Positions 24,097-33,948 of a stretch of DNA of 64,000 nt are shown in pieces (within the stretch, counting starts at the first letter, position 1; each line of letters starts with the position of its first letter). A program made the position numbers and the translations under genes. The DNA is from Escherichia coli (lineage in GTDB: Bacteria; Pseudomonadota; Gammaproteobacteria; Enterobacterales; Enterobacteriaceae), in assembly GCF_044324785.1 (NCBI RefSeq), contig NZ_CP172127.1; one strand, given 5' to 3'. Below the pieces are notes generated by a model. The model saw nothing but the letters and a program-made list of their open reading frames with translations. It was not told where the DNA came from and made no database searches.

Positions 24097-26492
24097 ATCG
24101 CCCCTGCGGTGACGTCGCGCCCCGCGCCAGGCCCACGGATCACCAGAGGGTTATCGCGATACCAGCGGCTTTCGATGGCAAAGACGTTATCGCACGGCAG
24201 CAGTGATGCCAGCGGATGGTCTTCACGCACCGCTTCCACGCCCACACGCGCTTTGCCATTGGCATCGAAACGCGCCACGTAGCGCAGCACCAGCCCCATT
24301 TCGCGGGCCGCTTCCAGCCGTTGCAACATCTGCTCGTTGAGTTCATCGCCGTTTTCAAAGAAATGGTCGATGCTACCGCCTTCGCAATGGGCAGGCACCA
24401 GCGATTCCACGCGCACCTGATCTGGTTCGATGTCGTAACCCGCTTCACGCGCCAGAATCACCAGCTTGCGCATCACGTCTTTGCCGGAAAGGTCATCACG
24501 CGGGTCAGGCTCGGTTAAGCCCTGCTGCCACGCCTGATCCACCAGTTCGGTAAACGGCACGCTACCGTCGAATTGCAGGAACAGCCAGGAGAGCGTGCCG
24601 GAGAAGATCCCGCTGATCGACAAAATAGTATCGCCGCTGTCGATCAGATCGCGCACGGTATGGTTGATCGGCAATCCCGCACCGACGGTGGCGTTGTACA
24701 GCCAGTGACGCCCGGTTTTTTCGAAGGCGTCGTGGATCTGGCGATATTTATTGCTGTCGCTCGCTCCTGCCAGTTTGTTGGCACTGATGACGTGGAAACC
24801 GTGGCTGGCGAAATCAAGATACTGGTCAGCGAGCTGCTGGCTGGCGGTAACGTCCAGCACCACTAAATCATCATACGGATGGGCGCGCATCCACAGGAAC
24901 AGCGACTCTTCATCCTGCTCGACCGCTTCATCGTTGAAGAAGGCTAGCGCGCGGCTGGCATCCAGCCCGCCATAACTCAACAGGCTGCGGCGGCTGTCCA
25001 CCACGCCTGCCAGCACAAATTCAAAGCCGGTACGTGCCGAAAGCGTGCTCTGCTCACGGGCGAACAGTTCCAGCCAGCGGGAACCGATATTGCCCTTGCC
25101 GAACAATACCAGGCCGATGCGTTTTTCTGCGCGGAAGACGGACTGATGCAGCCCCTGAATCAGGCTTTCGGTTGGTCCGGTGCGCAGTACTGCCACCAGG
25201 CTGATGCCGTCATCGGACTGCCAGGTAAATTCGACCGGCTGGCCTTTCAGTTGCTGCCAGAAGCGGTGGCAATGCAGCGGGTTACGGGTGACGCCTGCAC
25301 CGACCATCGCCACCAGCGCCAGCCCCTGACGCAGGCGCAGTTCGCCAGGTAATCCCGCTTCGTCGAGGATTTTCAGCGCACTGTCAGCGACTTCTGAGGT
25401 GTAGCAAAATTGCAGCAACTGGCGATCGTTATGCACGCCAACCGCCAGTGGACGCACCTGGGCACGTTTCAGGATCTGGTCGATCTCTTTATGTGCCAGT
25501 TTGAAATCCTGACTGGCGGGCACCTGAAACTCAATCAAACAGACATCATCGTGGCTGGTGACAATACGCGCACCAGTACCAGAGGCCAGCACGCGTTCAA
25601 TGCGCGTGGAGCCTTGATCCGGCGTGTAGCTACAGCGCAGTTGCAGGTCGATTTCGCTACCGGATACCGGCTGTAAAGTACGGGCGTGAAGAACGGGAGC
25701 CGCCAGACGCGCCAGTTCGCTGGCCTCATCCAGACGCAGCAACGGCAGCAGGCAGGCATCTTTCACTTTACGCGGGTCGGCACTGTATACCCCGGCGACG
25801 TCGCTCCAGATGGTTACACGAGAAACACCCGCCAGCGCACCGATTTGTGTCGCGGAATAGTCGGAACCGTTACGCCCCAGCAGCACCGTTTCACCGGCGT
25901 TGTTACGGCTGATAAACCCGGTCACCACCAGACGTTTGCCCGGATGTTGTACCAGTAGCTGTTGCAGCAACGGGTAAGAAAGTCCTTCATCAACCTGCGG
26001 TTGCGCAGCGCGTTCAGCGCGTAAAAACTCGCGGGCATCAAGCCAGGCCGCTGGCAGCCCTTGTTGATTAAGTACCGCAGACATCAGGCGTGCCGACCAT
26101 ACTTCCCCGTGGCCCACCACTTCCGCATACACCGCATCGTTAATACCACTGTCGAGCAACGCCGCCAGGCGCTCAAGATCGCTGACAAAAGCGCTAATGA
26201 GGCTATCGGCTTCTTCGGCGGGTAACAGGCCGCTAATCAGATCGCACTGATAGCGACGCAGCGTTTGTTGAACCTGATGCGCAGAGAGACGATCGGTCTG
26301 GCTTAGTTTCAACCAGTTAATCAACTGGTTAGTGGTGCTACCGGCGGCGGAAACCACCATCATATCGTCAGGCAGAGAGTACTCCGCCATAATGCCCGCG
26401 ACACGCAAATAACACTTCACATCAGCCAGACTACTGCCACCAAATTTATGCAGTTGACGACCTTTCGCCCCTGCCTGCGCAATCACACTCAT
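24060..26492 (-). CDS. metL: bifunctional aspartokinase II / homoserine dehydrogenase II
   Basis: 810-aa ORF MSVIAQAGAKGRQLHKFGGSSLADVKCYLRVAGIMAEYS; 2 bp downstream of metB (operon). Confidence 0.97.
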   Translation of the reverse strand: MSVIAQAGAKGRQLHKFGGSSLADVKCYLRVAGIMAEYSLPDDMMVVSAAGSTTNQLINWLKLSQTDRLSAHQVQQTLRRYQCDLISGLLPAEEADSLISAFVSDLERLAALLDSGINDAVYAEVVGHGEVWSARLMSAVLNQQGLPAAWLDAREFLRAERAAQPQVDEGLSYPLLQQLLVQHPGKRLVVTGFISRNNAGETVLLGRNGSDYSATQIGALAGVSRVTIWSDVAGVYSADPRKVKDACLLPLLRLDEASELARLAAPVLHARTLQPVSGSEIDLQLRCSYTPDQGSTRIERVLASGTGARIVTSHDDVCLIEFQVPASQDFKLAHKEIDQILKRAQVRPLAVGVHNDRQLLQFCYTSEVADSALKILDEAGLPGELRLRQGLALVAMVGAGVTRNPLHCHRFWQQLKGQPVEFTWQSDDGISLVAVLRTGPTESLIQGLHQSVFRAEKRIGLVLFGKGNIGSRWLELFAREQSTLSARTGFEFVLAGVVDSRRSLLSYGGLDASRALAFFNDEAVEQDEESLFLWMRAHPYDDLVVLDVTASQQLADQYLDFASHGFHVISANKLAGASDSNKYRQIHDAFEKTGRHWLYNATVGAGLPINHTVRDLIDSGDTILSISGIFSGTLSWLFLQFDGSVPFTELVDQAWQQGLTEPDPRDDLSGKDVMRKLVILAREAGYDIEPDQVRVESLVPAHCEGGSIDHFFENGDELNEQMLQRLEAAREMGLVLRYVARFDANGKARVGVEAVREDHPLASLLPCDNVFAIESRWYRDNPLVIRGPGAGRDVTAGAIQSDINRLAQLL

Positions 26493-26494
26493 TT

Positions 26495-27655
26495 TTACCC
26501 CTTGTTTGCAGCCCGGAAGCCATTTTCCAGGTCGGCAATTAAATCTTCGCCATCTTCAATACCGGTGGAGATACGCAGCAGCGTCTCGGAGATCCCGGCG
26601 GCAGCACGCGCTTCTGGTGCCATGCCTGCATGTGTCATGGTTGCGGCGTGAGAGATTAAACTTTCCACTCCCCCTAATGATTCCGCCAGCGTAAACAACG
26701 ACAGCCCGCCCAAGAAACGACGCAGCGTCTGCTCATCGCCATCCAGTTCAAAACTCAACATTGCGCCAAAGCCTTTTTGCTGGCGCGCGGCAATTTCATG
26801 CCCCTGATTTTCCGGCAGCGACGGGTGATACAGTTTTTTCACCAACGGCTGGGTTTGCAGATATTTCACAATCGCCTGCGCGTTGCGCTGGGCCAGCTCC
26901 ATACGCGGCACCAGAGTTCGCAACCCGCGTAGCAGCAGATAGCTGTCAAACGCGCCGCCCGTCACGCCAATATTGTTTGCCCACCAGGCAAGTTCAGTGA
27001 CAACGTCCGGATCTTTAGCAATCACCACGCCGGCCACCACGTCTGAGTGACCGTTCAGATATTTCGTGCATGAATGCAACACCAGATCGGCACCTAATGC
27101 CAGCGGATTTTGTAATGCCGGGCTTAAGAAGGTGTTATCCACCACGCTCACCGCCCCGACTTCCCTTGCCAGATGGCAGATTTTCGCAATATCCACGACG
27201 CGTAACAATGGATTACTTGGGCTTTCTACCAGTACCAGTTTGGGGTTTTCTGCCAGCGCTGCCCGTAATGCCTGTTCATCGCCTTGATCAACAAACAACA
27301 CGCGATAGCAACCGCGTTTCGCCAGGCTGTCGAACAGGCGATAGCTGCCTCCGTAGCAGTCGTGCGGCGCAACCAGCAGATCGCCTGGTTTCAAAAAGAC
27401 GGTCGTTACCAGGTGAATCGCGGACATGCCGGTATTAGTAAGTACGGCACCAGCACCGCCTTCCAGTTCTGCCAGCGCACGCTGAACCACATCGCGCGTT
27501 GGGTTGCCGCGCCGCGAGTAATCATGCGCGCGCGGTTCATTAAATCCGGTAAAGTTATAGGTGCTGGAAAGATGGATGGGAGGGACAACGCAACCATACT
27601 GTTCGTCGTCATTTAACCCGCTACGCACTGCGATGGTGGCCTGTTTACGCGTCAT
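26495..27655 (-). CDS. metB: cystathionine gamma-synthase (PLP-dependent)
   Basis: ORF 26495-27832 (445 aa) is over-extended; remembered MetB start MTRKQATIAVRSGLNDDEQYG is the ATG at 27655 (386 aa). Confidence 0.95.
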   Translation of the reverse strand: MTRKQATIAVRSGLNDDEQYGCVVPPIHLSSTYNFTGFNEPRAHDYSRRGNPTRDVVQRALAELEGGAGAVLTNTGMSAIHLVTTVFLKPGDLLVAPHDCYGGSYRLFDSLAKRGCYRVLFVDQGDEQALRAALAENPKLVLVESPSNPLLRVVDIAKICHLAREVGAVSVVDNTFLSPALQNPLALGADLVLHSCTKYLNGHSDVVAGVVIAKDPDVVTELAWWANNIGVTGGAFDSYLLLRGLRTLVPRMELAQRNAQAIVKYLQTQPLVKKLYHPSLPENQGHEIAARQQKGFGAMLSFELDGDEQTLRRFLGGLSLFTLAESLGGVESLISHAATMTHAGMAPEARAAAGISETLLRISTGIEDGEDLIADLENGFRAANKG

Positions 27656-27724
27656 GTGATGAAGTTCCCTGGGCTTTGTCGGTGAAATGTCAGGCACCAG
27701 AGTAAACATTGTGTTAATGGACGT

Positions 27725-27750
27725 CAATACATCTGGACATCTAAACTTCT
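27725..27750. promoter_or_regulatory. candidate MetJ operator (met-box repeats) in the metB-metJ divergent control region
   Basis: acatctggacatctaaac = tandem degenerate met boxes (consensus AGACGTCT) between the divergent metB and metJ starts. Confidence 0.5.
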
Positions 27751-27931
27751 TTGCGTATAGATTGAGCAAATCCCAAATAGCCGTTAAAATTATATGCATT
27801 ATCACGCCGACAGGTGCATTACACGATGTCACGGTAGCGCCTGTACGGTAAACTATGCGGGTTTACGGTCAGTACCCACATAAATTGTGTGGTCTGGTCT
27901 CAATTTATTGACGAAGAGGATTAAGTATCTC

Positions 27932-28249
27932 ATGGCTGAATGGAGCGGCGAATATATCAGCCCATACGCTGAGCACGGCAAGAAGAGTGAACAAGTCAAA
28001 AAGATTACGGTTTCCATTCCTCTTAAGGTGTTAAAAATCCTCACCGATGAACGCACGCGTCGTCAGGTGAACAACCTGCGTCACGCTACCAACAGCGAGC
28101 TGCTGTGCGAAGCGTTTCTGCATGCCTTTACCGGGCAACCTTTGCCGGATGATGCCGATCTGCGTAAAGAGCGCAGCGACGAAATCCCGGAAGCGGCAAA
28201 AGAGATCATGCGTGAGATGGGGATTAACCCGGAGACGTGGGAATACTAA
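27932..28249 (+). CDS. metJ: methionine repressor (ribbon-helix-helix)
   Basis: ORF 27887-28249; canonical Met[36 protein letters not shown] begins at ATG 27932 (105 aa). Confidence 0.96.
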
Positions 28250-28255
28250 AGCGGA

Positions 28256-28290
28256 AAAGAGCGGCGCGGAGTTAACCAGCCGCTTTTTTC
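28256..28290 (+). terminator. probable rho-independent terminator after metJ
   Basis: agcggc...gccgct inverted repeat followed by tttttt. Confidence 0.5.
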
Positions 28291-28308
28291 ATACATGGAC
28301 GTTTAACG

Positions 28309-28917
28309 ATGAAAATCAGGCTACTGATCCTCAGCCTGCTGGTTTCTGTGCCTGCATTTGCCTGGCAACCACAAACCGGCGACATCATCTTTCAGATCTC
28401 TCGCTCATCGCAAAGTAAAGCGATCCAACTGGCGACCCATTCCGATTACAGCCACACCGGTATGCTGGTGATACGCAACAAAAAGCCCTACGTTTTTGAA
28501 GCGGTCGGCCCGGTGAAATACACCCCGCTCAAGCAGTGGATTGCCCATGGTGAAAAGGGCAAATACGTTGTTCGCCGCGTTGAAGGCGGACTGAGTGTTA
28601 AACAACAGCAAAAACTGGCGCAAACGGCAAAACGTTATCTCGGCAAACCGTATGATTTCAGCTTCTCATGGAGCGACGATCGCCAGTACTGTTCGGAAGT
28701 GGTGTGGAAGGTTTACCAGAATGCGCTGGGAATGCGCGTGGGCGAACAGCAAAAGTTGAAAGAGTTCGATCTGAGTAACCCGCTGGTTCAGGCAAAGCTC
28801 AAAGAACGTTACGGCAAGAATATTCCGCTTGAGGAAACGGTGGTCTCGCCACAAGCCGTTTTCGACGCGCCACAACTCACCACGGTTGCCAAAGAGTGGC
28901 CGCTGTTTTCGTGGTAA
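28309..28917 (+). CDS. yiiX: putative lipid-binding hydrolase (NlpC/P60-like, DUF830), signal peptide
   Basis: 202-aa ORF MKIRLLILSLLVSVPAFAWQPQTGDIIFQ; synteny downstream of metJ. Confidence 0.9.
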   Translation: MKIRLLILSLLVSVPAFAWQPQTGDIIFQISRSSQSKAIQLATHSDYSHTGMLVIRNKKPYVFEAVGPVKYTPLKQWIAHGEKGKYVVRRVEGGLSVKQQQKLAQTAKRYLGKPYDFSFSWSDDRQYCSEVVWKVYQNALGMRVGEQQKLKEFDLSNPLVQAKLKERYGKNIPLEETVVSPQAVFDAPQLTTVAKEWPLFSW

Positions 28918-29021
28918 TGGATGATAAAAAAATAATTCCCGCCGTAGTCTGTTTGTTGCTTTGTAGTTGCACGACCTTTCCGCAAGCTGTCGCTCCGGTA
29001 AACGGTGATGCCTCCAATTAG
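28917..29021 (+). pseudogene. possible 5' fragment of a small lipoprotein-like gene truncated by the IS1-like element
   Basis: ATG overlaps the yiiX stop (taATGg); encodes MDDKKIIPAVVCLLLCSCTTFPQAVAPVNGDASN (hydrophobic stretch plus Cys) then runs into the IS1 left end at 29004. Short and speculative. Confidence 0.25.
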
Positions 29022-29766
29022 TTGAATTAAGGATATAATACTCGCTTCTAAGGTTGTTTCATGGTCACAGTTAACCTTCATTGTCCCCGTTGCCAGTCCG
29101 TTTAGGTTTACCGTCACGGGCAGAACCCCAAAAGACATGATCGATTCCGCGGCCGTGACTGTCACCGGGTATTTCAGCTCAGTTACTGTTACGAGCCCCG
29201 TAAACCGGGAGTTAAAGACCAAATCGCTGAAATGGCTTTCAACGGTGCCGGGGTTCGCTATACTGCCCGTACGCTGAAAATCGGCATTAATACAGTCATC
29301 CGAACTTTAAAAAACTCTCGCCACGAAGAATAACGTCATCCCCGGTCGCTCATGCTGATGTGGCACTCAACTGCGAACTTAGTCAGCAATGGAGCTTTGT
29401 CGGCAGTAAAGCGCGACAGCACTGGCTCTGGTACGTGTACAACACGAAAACTGGTGGTGTTCTGGCCTACACTTTTGGCCCCCGGACTGATGAAACCTGT
29501 CGTGAATTGCTGGCGCTGCTTACCCTTTTACCATCGGCATGTTGACCACTGACGAATGGGGTAGTTACACCAGAGAGTTACCAAAGGAGAAGCATCTGAC
29601 TGGTAAGATTTTTACTCAGCACATTGAGCGTAACAATCTGACCCTGAGAACCCGAATCAAACGTCTGGCCCGCAGAACCATCTATTTCTCGCGTTCTGTA
29701 GAACTTCATGAAAAAGTCATCGGTGCTTTTATCGAAAATATATGTTCTACTGATTGGAGTCATCAC
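29004..29766 (+). mobile_element. IS1-family insertion sequence, degenerate (insA disrupted, insB frameshifted)
   Basis: Left end ggtgatgcctccaa and right end ttggagtcatcac resemble IS1 terminal inverted repeats; ~763 bp; internal ORF fragments resemble InsB. No obvious flanking target-site duplication. Confidence 0.8.
29360..29763 (+). pseudogene. insB: IS1 transposase insB, frameshifted
   Basis: InsB-like peptides in two different frames (29360-29545 WSFVGSKARQHWLWYVY...; 29539-29853 DEWGSYTRE...IERNNLTLRTRIKRLARRTIYFSRSVELHEKVIG); the upstream insA frame is interrupted by a stop. Confidence 0.75.
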
Positions 29767-29866
29767 TCTTCTGATGAGCTTTCCTTGGATGATTACCAGA
29801 CTGAATACACAGCCAAAGATTTTTACCTCATTCTGCTCTTTTTTCTCAAATGACATATATTATATT

Positions 29867-30145
29867 TTACATCATATTCATAGGCATATGACATTCCCCC
29901 GCCCCCATTATGTCATTGTGGGTTGATGTTGGGCTTTCATAAAAAAATACATCTTTTTTTGAACTAGCATTAATTATATTTACTTTATACATTAAAATAT
30001 TTTCTCCATCTGGAAATATTTTAGCCACACAATATAAAGCAGCTAAATCCGAATTACTTAAAAATATATTGTCATCACTCATAACTCCAGCCATTAAATG
30101 ACTGGAGACTAAAGCAAGGAAATAACAACATTGTATTGCCTTCAT
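29867..30145 (-). CDS. candidate Rhs immunity protein (RhsI) for the orphan CT module
   Basis: Small AT-rich ORF immediately downstream of the orphan rhs-CT stop (30206); internal start at 30145 (MKAIQCCYFLALVSSHLMAG...) preceded by SD aagggag; ORF track's longer version starts at 30181. Function inferred from position only. Confidence 0.55.
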   Translation of the reverse strand: MKAIQCCYFLALVSSHLMAGVMSDDNIFLSNSDLAALYCVAKIFPDGENILMYKVNIINASSKKDVFFYESPTSTHNDIMGAGECHMPMNMM

Positions 30146-30205
30146 TTTAATTACTCCCTTGCCTGATAATTGTAACTCCATTCCCTTTAGCTTTGGGATT
30201 ATATT

Positions 30206-31636
30206 TTAGATAGGTGTTATTTGGTGTTCCCAAGTAACTACTGTATTCTTTTTTTCCATTCCATTCATATAAGAATTCGTTAAATCTTTGCTTGAAAAAT
30301 TTAGACTATCATAAACATCATTTTCTTTTGTTACTTTATTTCCTTTATCGTCAGAGTAAAAACCGTGAGTGTGATAATCGCCTACTCTCTCTGAACCTTC
30401 AGGGCGTTTTATATTTCGCAAGTCTACACTATCATTATCATTTGAACTTATCGGATTCATGGGGGAATATTCACCTTGCTTCTTACATATTAGTCCACCA
30501 TATTCTTTATTCTCGTTAATTGATTCTCCATTACACATTGCCAATGCAAATATTCCAATATCATCTATATTTTTTGATTTAAATTCATATAATCCTAATG
30601 GATCCATGCCATTCACCGGGCTCAGCGGATATGTATACAGGTTCCATCCCCCCTTCAGCCCAATCGGATCCTGAGTGATATACCGCCCCTGCAGCGGGTC
30701 ATAATAGCGGTGGCGGTTGTAATACAGGCCGGACTCCTCATCATACTGCTGCCCCGGCAGGCGGATGAGCTGCTGCAGTTGATGCGGGTTCTCTTCATTC
30801 AGCAGATTGCCCCACTCATCGTATTCTGCGCACCATTCTGTTGCCCCTTCCGTGCTGACAAGCGCCAGCGGCAGGCCGCGATGGTCGCAGTGGTACAGGT
30901 GGATTTTTCGCGCCGGCGTGTACACCGGGTCCATCTGGTTTTGCATCTGCTCCACCGTCAGGCCGCACGATGCCAGCCAGCGGCGGCTTTCCTCACTCAC
31001 CCGGTCAGCCAGGATTTCACTTTCCAGCCGGTCGAGCATCTGCACCAGCACCGGCGGGAACACCACACTGCCACCGTCTTCACCGCCGGACTGCTGAAGC
31101 GCATCCGCCAGGCTGCGGCGCTGCGTTTTCGCCAGCTCACCGGTGGCGGTTTCGACCCTGATGAGTGGCGTGAAGCTCCCCGGCTGATAAACCGTCTGGA
31201 TGCGGGTTCTGTCGTTCTGTATCGTGGTCAGCCGGTCGCCGTCCCAGCCGTACCAGGTCACTTCCGGTTTCCGTGACAGCGACATCCAGCCCGTCAGGTC
31301 CCGTTCACGCCGCCACACCCGTTTTGCCACCCTGCGGCCCAGCGGGTCGTAAAGATAGCGACTTTCGACCAGCGGCTCTGCATATTGTGTCCGCGTGTAG
31401 TGCACCAGCCGGTGCTGACTGTCGTAATGGTACCGGTGAGTCCGCTCATCATCCGTGCGGATAACCCCTTCCGGGATGAGGTCGGTTTTCTCTGTCAGCC
31501 TGCCGTGACGGTCATACCGGTAAAGATAGTGCGCGTCACGGGCGATACGGTTATCCGGCCACATGCTGAGGGTGCTGTCCGGGTGCAGCTCCGGGTCGGG
31601 CAGGCGGTTGCCTGCCGGGTCCGTGGCATACGGGAT
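30206..31636 (-). CDS. orphan Rhs C-terminal module: 3' part of the rhs core plus a distinct C-terminal toxin domain (5'-truncated gene)
   Basis: ORF 30206-31564 (452 aa); Rhs-core homology continues upstream to ~31636 with an in-frame stop beyond. Core ends with ...[28 protein letters not shown] (DPxGL), followed by a 127-aa unique AT-rich C-terminal domain ([10 protein letters not shown]...[12 protein letters not shown]...). Confidence 0.8.
   Translation of the reverse strand: MPYATDPAGNRLPDPELHPDSTLSMWPDNRIARDAHYLYRYDRHGRLTEKTDLIPEGVIRTDDERTHRYHYDSQHRLVHYTRTQYAEPLVESRYLYDPLGRRVAKRVWRRERDLTGWMSLSRKPEVTWYGWDGDRLTTIQNDRTRIQTVYQPGSFTPLIRVETATGELAKTQRRSLADALQQSGGEDGGSVVFPPVLVQMLDRLESEILADRVSEESRRWLASCGLTVEQMQNQMDPVYTPARKIHLYHCDHRGLPLALVSTEGATEWCAEYDEWGNLLNEENPHQLQQLIRLPGQQYDEESGLYYNRHRYYDPLQGRYITQDPIGLKGGWNLYTYPLSPVNGMDPLGLYEFKSKNIDDIGIFALAMCNGESINENKEYGGLICKKQGEYSPMNPISSNDNDSVDLRNIKRPEGSERVGDYHTHGFYSDDKGNKVTKENDVYDSLNFSSKDLTNSYMNGMEKKNTVVTWEHQITPI
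30642..31636. repeat. ~1 kb direct repeat (rhs core 3' region), copy A, near-identical to 34963-35957
   Basis: Base-by-base comparison of the two intervals shows the same sequence with only a handful of substitutions at a constant offset of 4321 bp; the ORF track shows identical antisense peptides at 31273-31464 and 35594-35785. Confidence 0.9.
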
Positions 31637-31678
31637 ATCAATGCCCAGGTTACATATAATAAGAGCAATTAACTTAAT

Positions 31679-32005
31679 TTATTTGTTTATAATGCGCTTA
31701 CTTAATACAAACCATTGAATATACCCTCCTGACAGAAAATAAAGCCATGTTATTATCGCCATAATATACTTACTATCAATCCTTACGCCAATAATGTCTG
31801 AAACAGTCCCTATAAATATTAGAGCAATAAAGAATACTATGCCTGTTGGAAAACATATTACCATCATTCCATAAGACATGAGACTAATTAACTCGCTCAC
31901 ATCACGAGTGGAGTCTAATAGTGAAAGTCTATGCATGGAAAAGAATAGTATTAAAAGCGATAAAGCCAGCCATGTAGCTCTGAATAAAAAAATAATACAT
32001 TTCAT
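31679..32005 (-). CDS. small hydrophobic membrane protein (about 3 TM segments); candidate orphan immunity protein
   Basis: 108-aa AT-rich ORF MKCIIFLFRATWLALSLLILFF... between the H-repeat element and the orphan rhs fragment; function inferred from context only. Confidence 0.45.
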   Translation of the reverse strand: MKCIIFLFRATWLALSLLILFFSMHRLSLLDSTRDVSELISLMSYGMMVICFPTGIVFFIALIFIGTVSDIIGVRIDSKYIMAIITWLYFLSGGYIQWFVLSKRIINK

Positions 32006-32039
32006 TACATCACTCCGGTGAATACAAATCTAATAAAGC

Positions 32040-33330
32040 GTCCAATGTTATTTCCGGAGCACTTCATCTTACATGTTTCTAAAGAATCATTAGACCAGTC
32101 AGGGCAAGATTACGAAAGCCCGCTCCCCGCAAGGACTGACGCGAGATAGTTTCTGTCCATGGCTGCTTTTCGCATCTTACGTCTTAACCCTGCCTTGAAT
32201 ACCTTATCATTCGTCAAAATATTAATAGCAATGTGCCGTATCCCTGAAAATAATTCTGCTGCGTTTCCTCTTCTTATTTTGCAGTCGTCTTCATTCATTA
32301 CCACGTCCAGACGCCAGTGCAGCTTATTCTCCACGTGCCAGTGGTTTCGGATTGCTGTGGCGAACTTCTCAGCGGTTAAATCAGCAGAACTGATATAATA
32401 TCTGACCGTCATTTCTGGCTCTTTCTTTTATTCTGCTATTATTGACCGAAAGGAGACTGCCACGCATAATTTTTCAGTCCTTTCTATTCAAATGTAAAAT
32501 CAATAAGTTCATCAGCGACATCGCAAACAATATGAAGACGGATTTCTTCTCTGCCGTGACTCTTTTCACTAATTGCGTAACTGTCATGCTCTGGATTATT
32601 TAATTCTTTCAGCGGAAATGTTTCCTCAAAGGCTTTATTCAACCGCCCCTGGTTTCCTTTTACAGCGAATAAGTAATCACCACCCTGTTTTTGTATCTTC
32701 TCTGCAATATCTTTCTGGCAACCTATCGCATCAGTTGTGATGATTTTCCCTTTAATATACAAAATGTTAAGAAGTTCAGGGATAGCTGTGATCTCATTAG
32801 ATTTCTCATCCGTCCTGATCTGCCCCAGGACCAGAATGTGCATTGTTGAGAACGCACTAATAACATGAATCGCTCCCCTTCGGCGACTCTTATCATAAGA
32901 GTGTCGGAGCATTTTTCCATCAATTGCAATGACGTCTTTATCATCTGAAGAATGGCAGTCACGCATCCAGTTAATAAAGCACTCATGAAATTTTGCAGGG
33001 CTGATACAGGATACAACTCTGGCAATGGTATCGTGGACAGGAATACCATTTTCAAAATCACCGTATTGTTTTAAAAAATCGAGATGTGTTTCCCCAAAAT
33101 CCTCTATATCTTCCCAACCTTCTGCACCCGAAATAACGGCACAAATAGTCAACAGTAGAATATCCGATAATTTATGTTCCACTTTCCAGGCTTGTCTGTA
33201 ATCGGGGATAATAGAAATATGCTCCATCAATTTTTTAAGTTCCATTTTGTTCTCCTTAATTATGTAAGGAGTATTTGATCATGTATAAGCAATAAAAAAC
33301 AGCTTTAGGTAATGAGGAATATCTCAATTT
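32040..33330 (-). mobile_element. H-repeat (H-rpt) element, ISAs1-family, with a frameshifted transposase; boundaries approximate
   Basis: Two consecutive minus-strand ORFs in different frames (32484-33245 [55 protein letters not shown]...; 32110-32412 [44 protein letters not shown]...) together resemble the ~378-aa H-repeat-associated ISAs1-family transposase of E. coli Rhs elements. Confidence 0.8.
32110..33245 (-). pseudogene. ISAs1-family (H-repeat) transposase, split by a frameshift near 32413-32486
   Basis: N-terminal 253-aa and C-terminal 100-aa pieces are in different reading frames separated by ~70 bp. Confidence 0.8.
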
Positions 33331-33348
33331 TCAAACATAAAATGCGAA

Positions 33349-33935
33349 TTATTTAGTACAAAAAAGCAGCGTTACGTGATCTTTCCCTGGCATGTCATTA
33401 GATGAACCAGTTATACAACCCTCGGAACAGAATCGAGGTCCTAAAGACGGACCAAAAGCGTTTAAACAACTATGTATTGAAAATCCATTACGATTATAAG
33501 TTCCTGTATTAACTGACGGTACTAATCGTATGCCGTCAGGTTTTCTATTGCTTGCTCCCGGGTCATTAACATTCCAACTCCATAGGCCTTGAGGTATTGG
33601 CCCTCTATTTATAAATGTGTACAACGGGGATTATTTTTACATTGCATATTATTACCAGAAGCGACTGGAATACTAAGCACATCATAAAAATTATCATCAC
33701 CTGGTATATCTGAAACACACGAAAGCATACCTAAAGTTATGCTGTATAAACAGGTGGCTAATCCCAAGGGGATCGATTCCAGAAATCGGGTTCAACGGAT
33801 ACTGATAAAAATTCCACCTACCTTCCAGCCCAATCGGAGCCTGAGTGTTATACCGCCCCTGCTGCGGTTAATGTTACCGATAATAGTTATAGTACAGCCC
33901 TGATTCATCATCATACTACTGCTGCGGCAGTCTGA
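33349..33935 (-). pseudogene. degenerate orphan rhs remnant (diverged core 3' end plus disrupted C-terminal region)
   Basis: 33800-33935 is a diverged, indel-containing copy of the rhs core 3' end (compare 34963-35100); downstream frames are interrupted; the 91-aa ORF 33349-33624 is in a different frame. Confidence 0.6.
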
Positions 33936-33948
33936 TGAATTATTGCTT

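Noticed and set aside
28809-29222. 137-aa minus-strand ORF spanning the yiiX 3' end and the IS1 left end
   Set aside because: Crosses the boundary between a conserved gene and an insertion sequence on the opposite strand; no coherent domain; a chance open frame.
33349-33624. 91-aa ORF as an intact orphan toxin gene
   Set aside because: It is in a different frame from the upstream degenerate core remnant and is preceded by in-frame stops, so it was treated as part of a decayed orphan CT pseudogene rather than a functional CDS. Residual function cannot be excluded.
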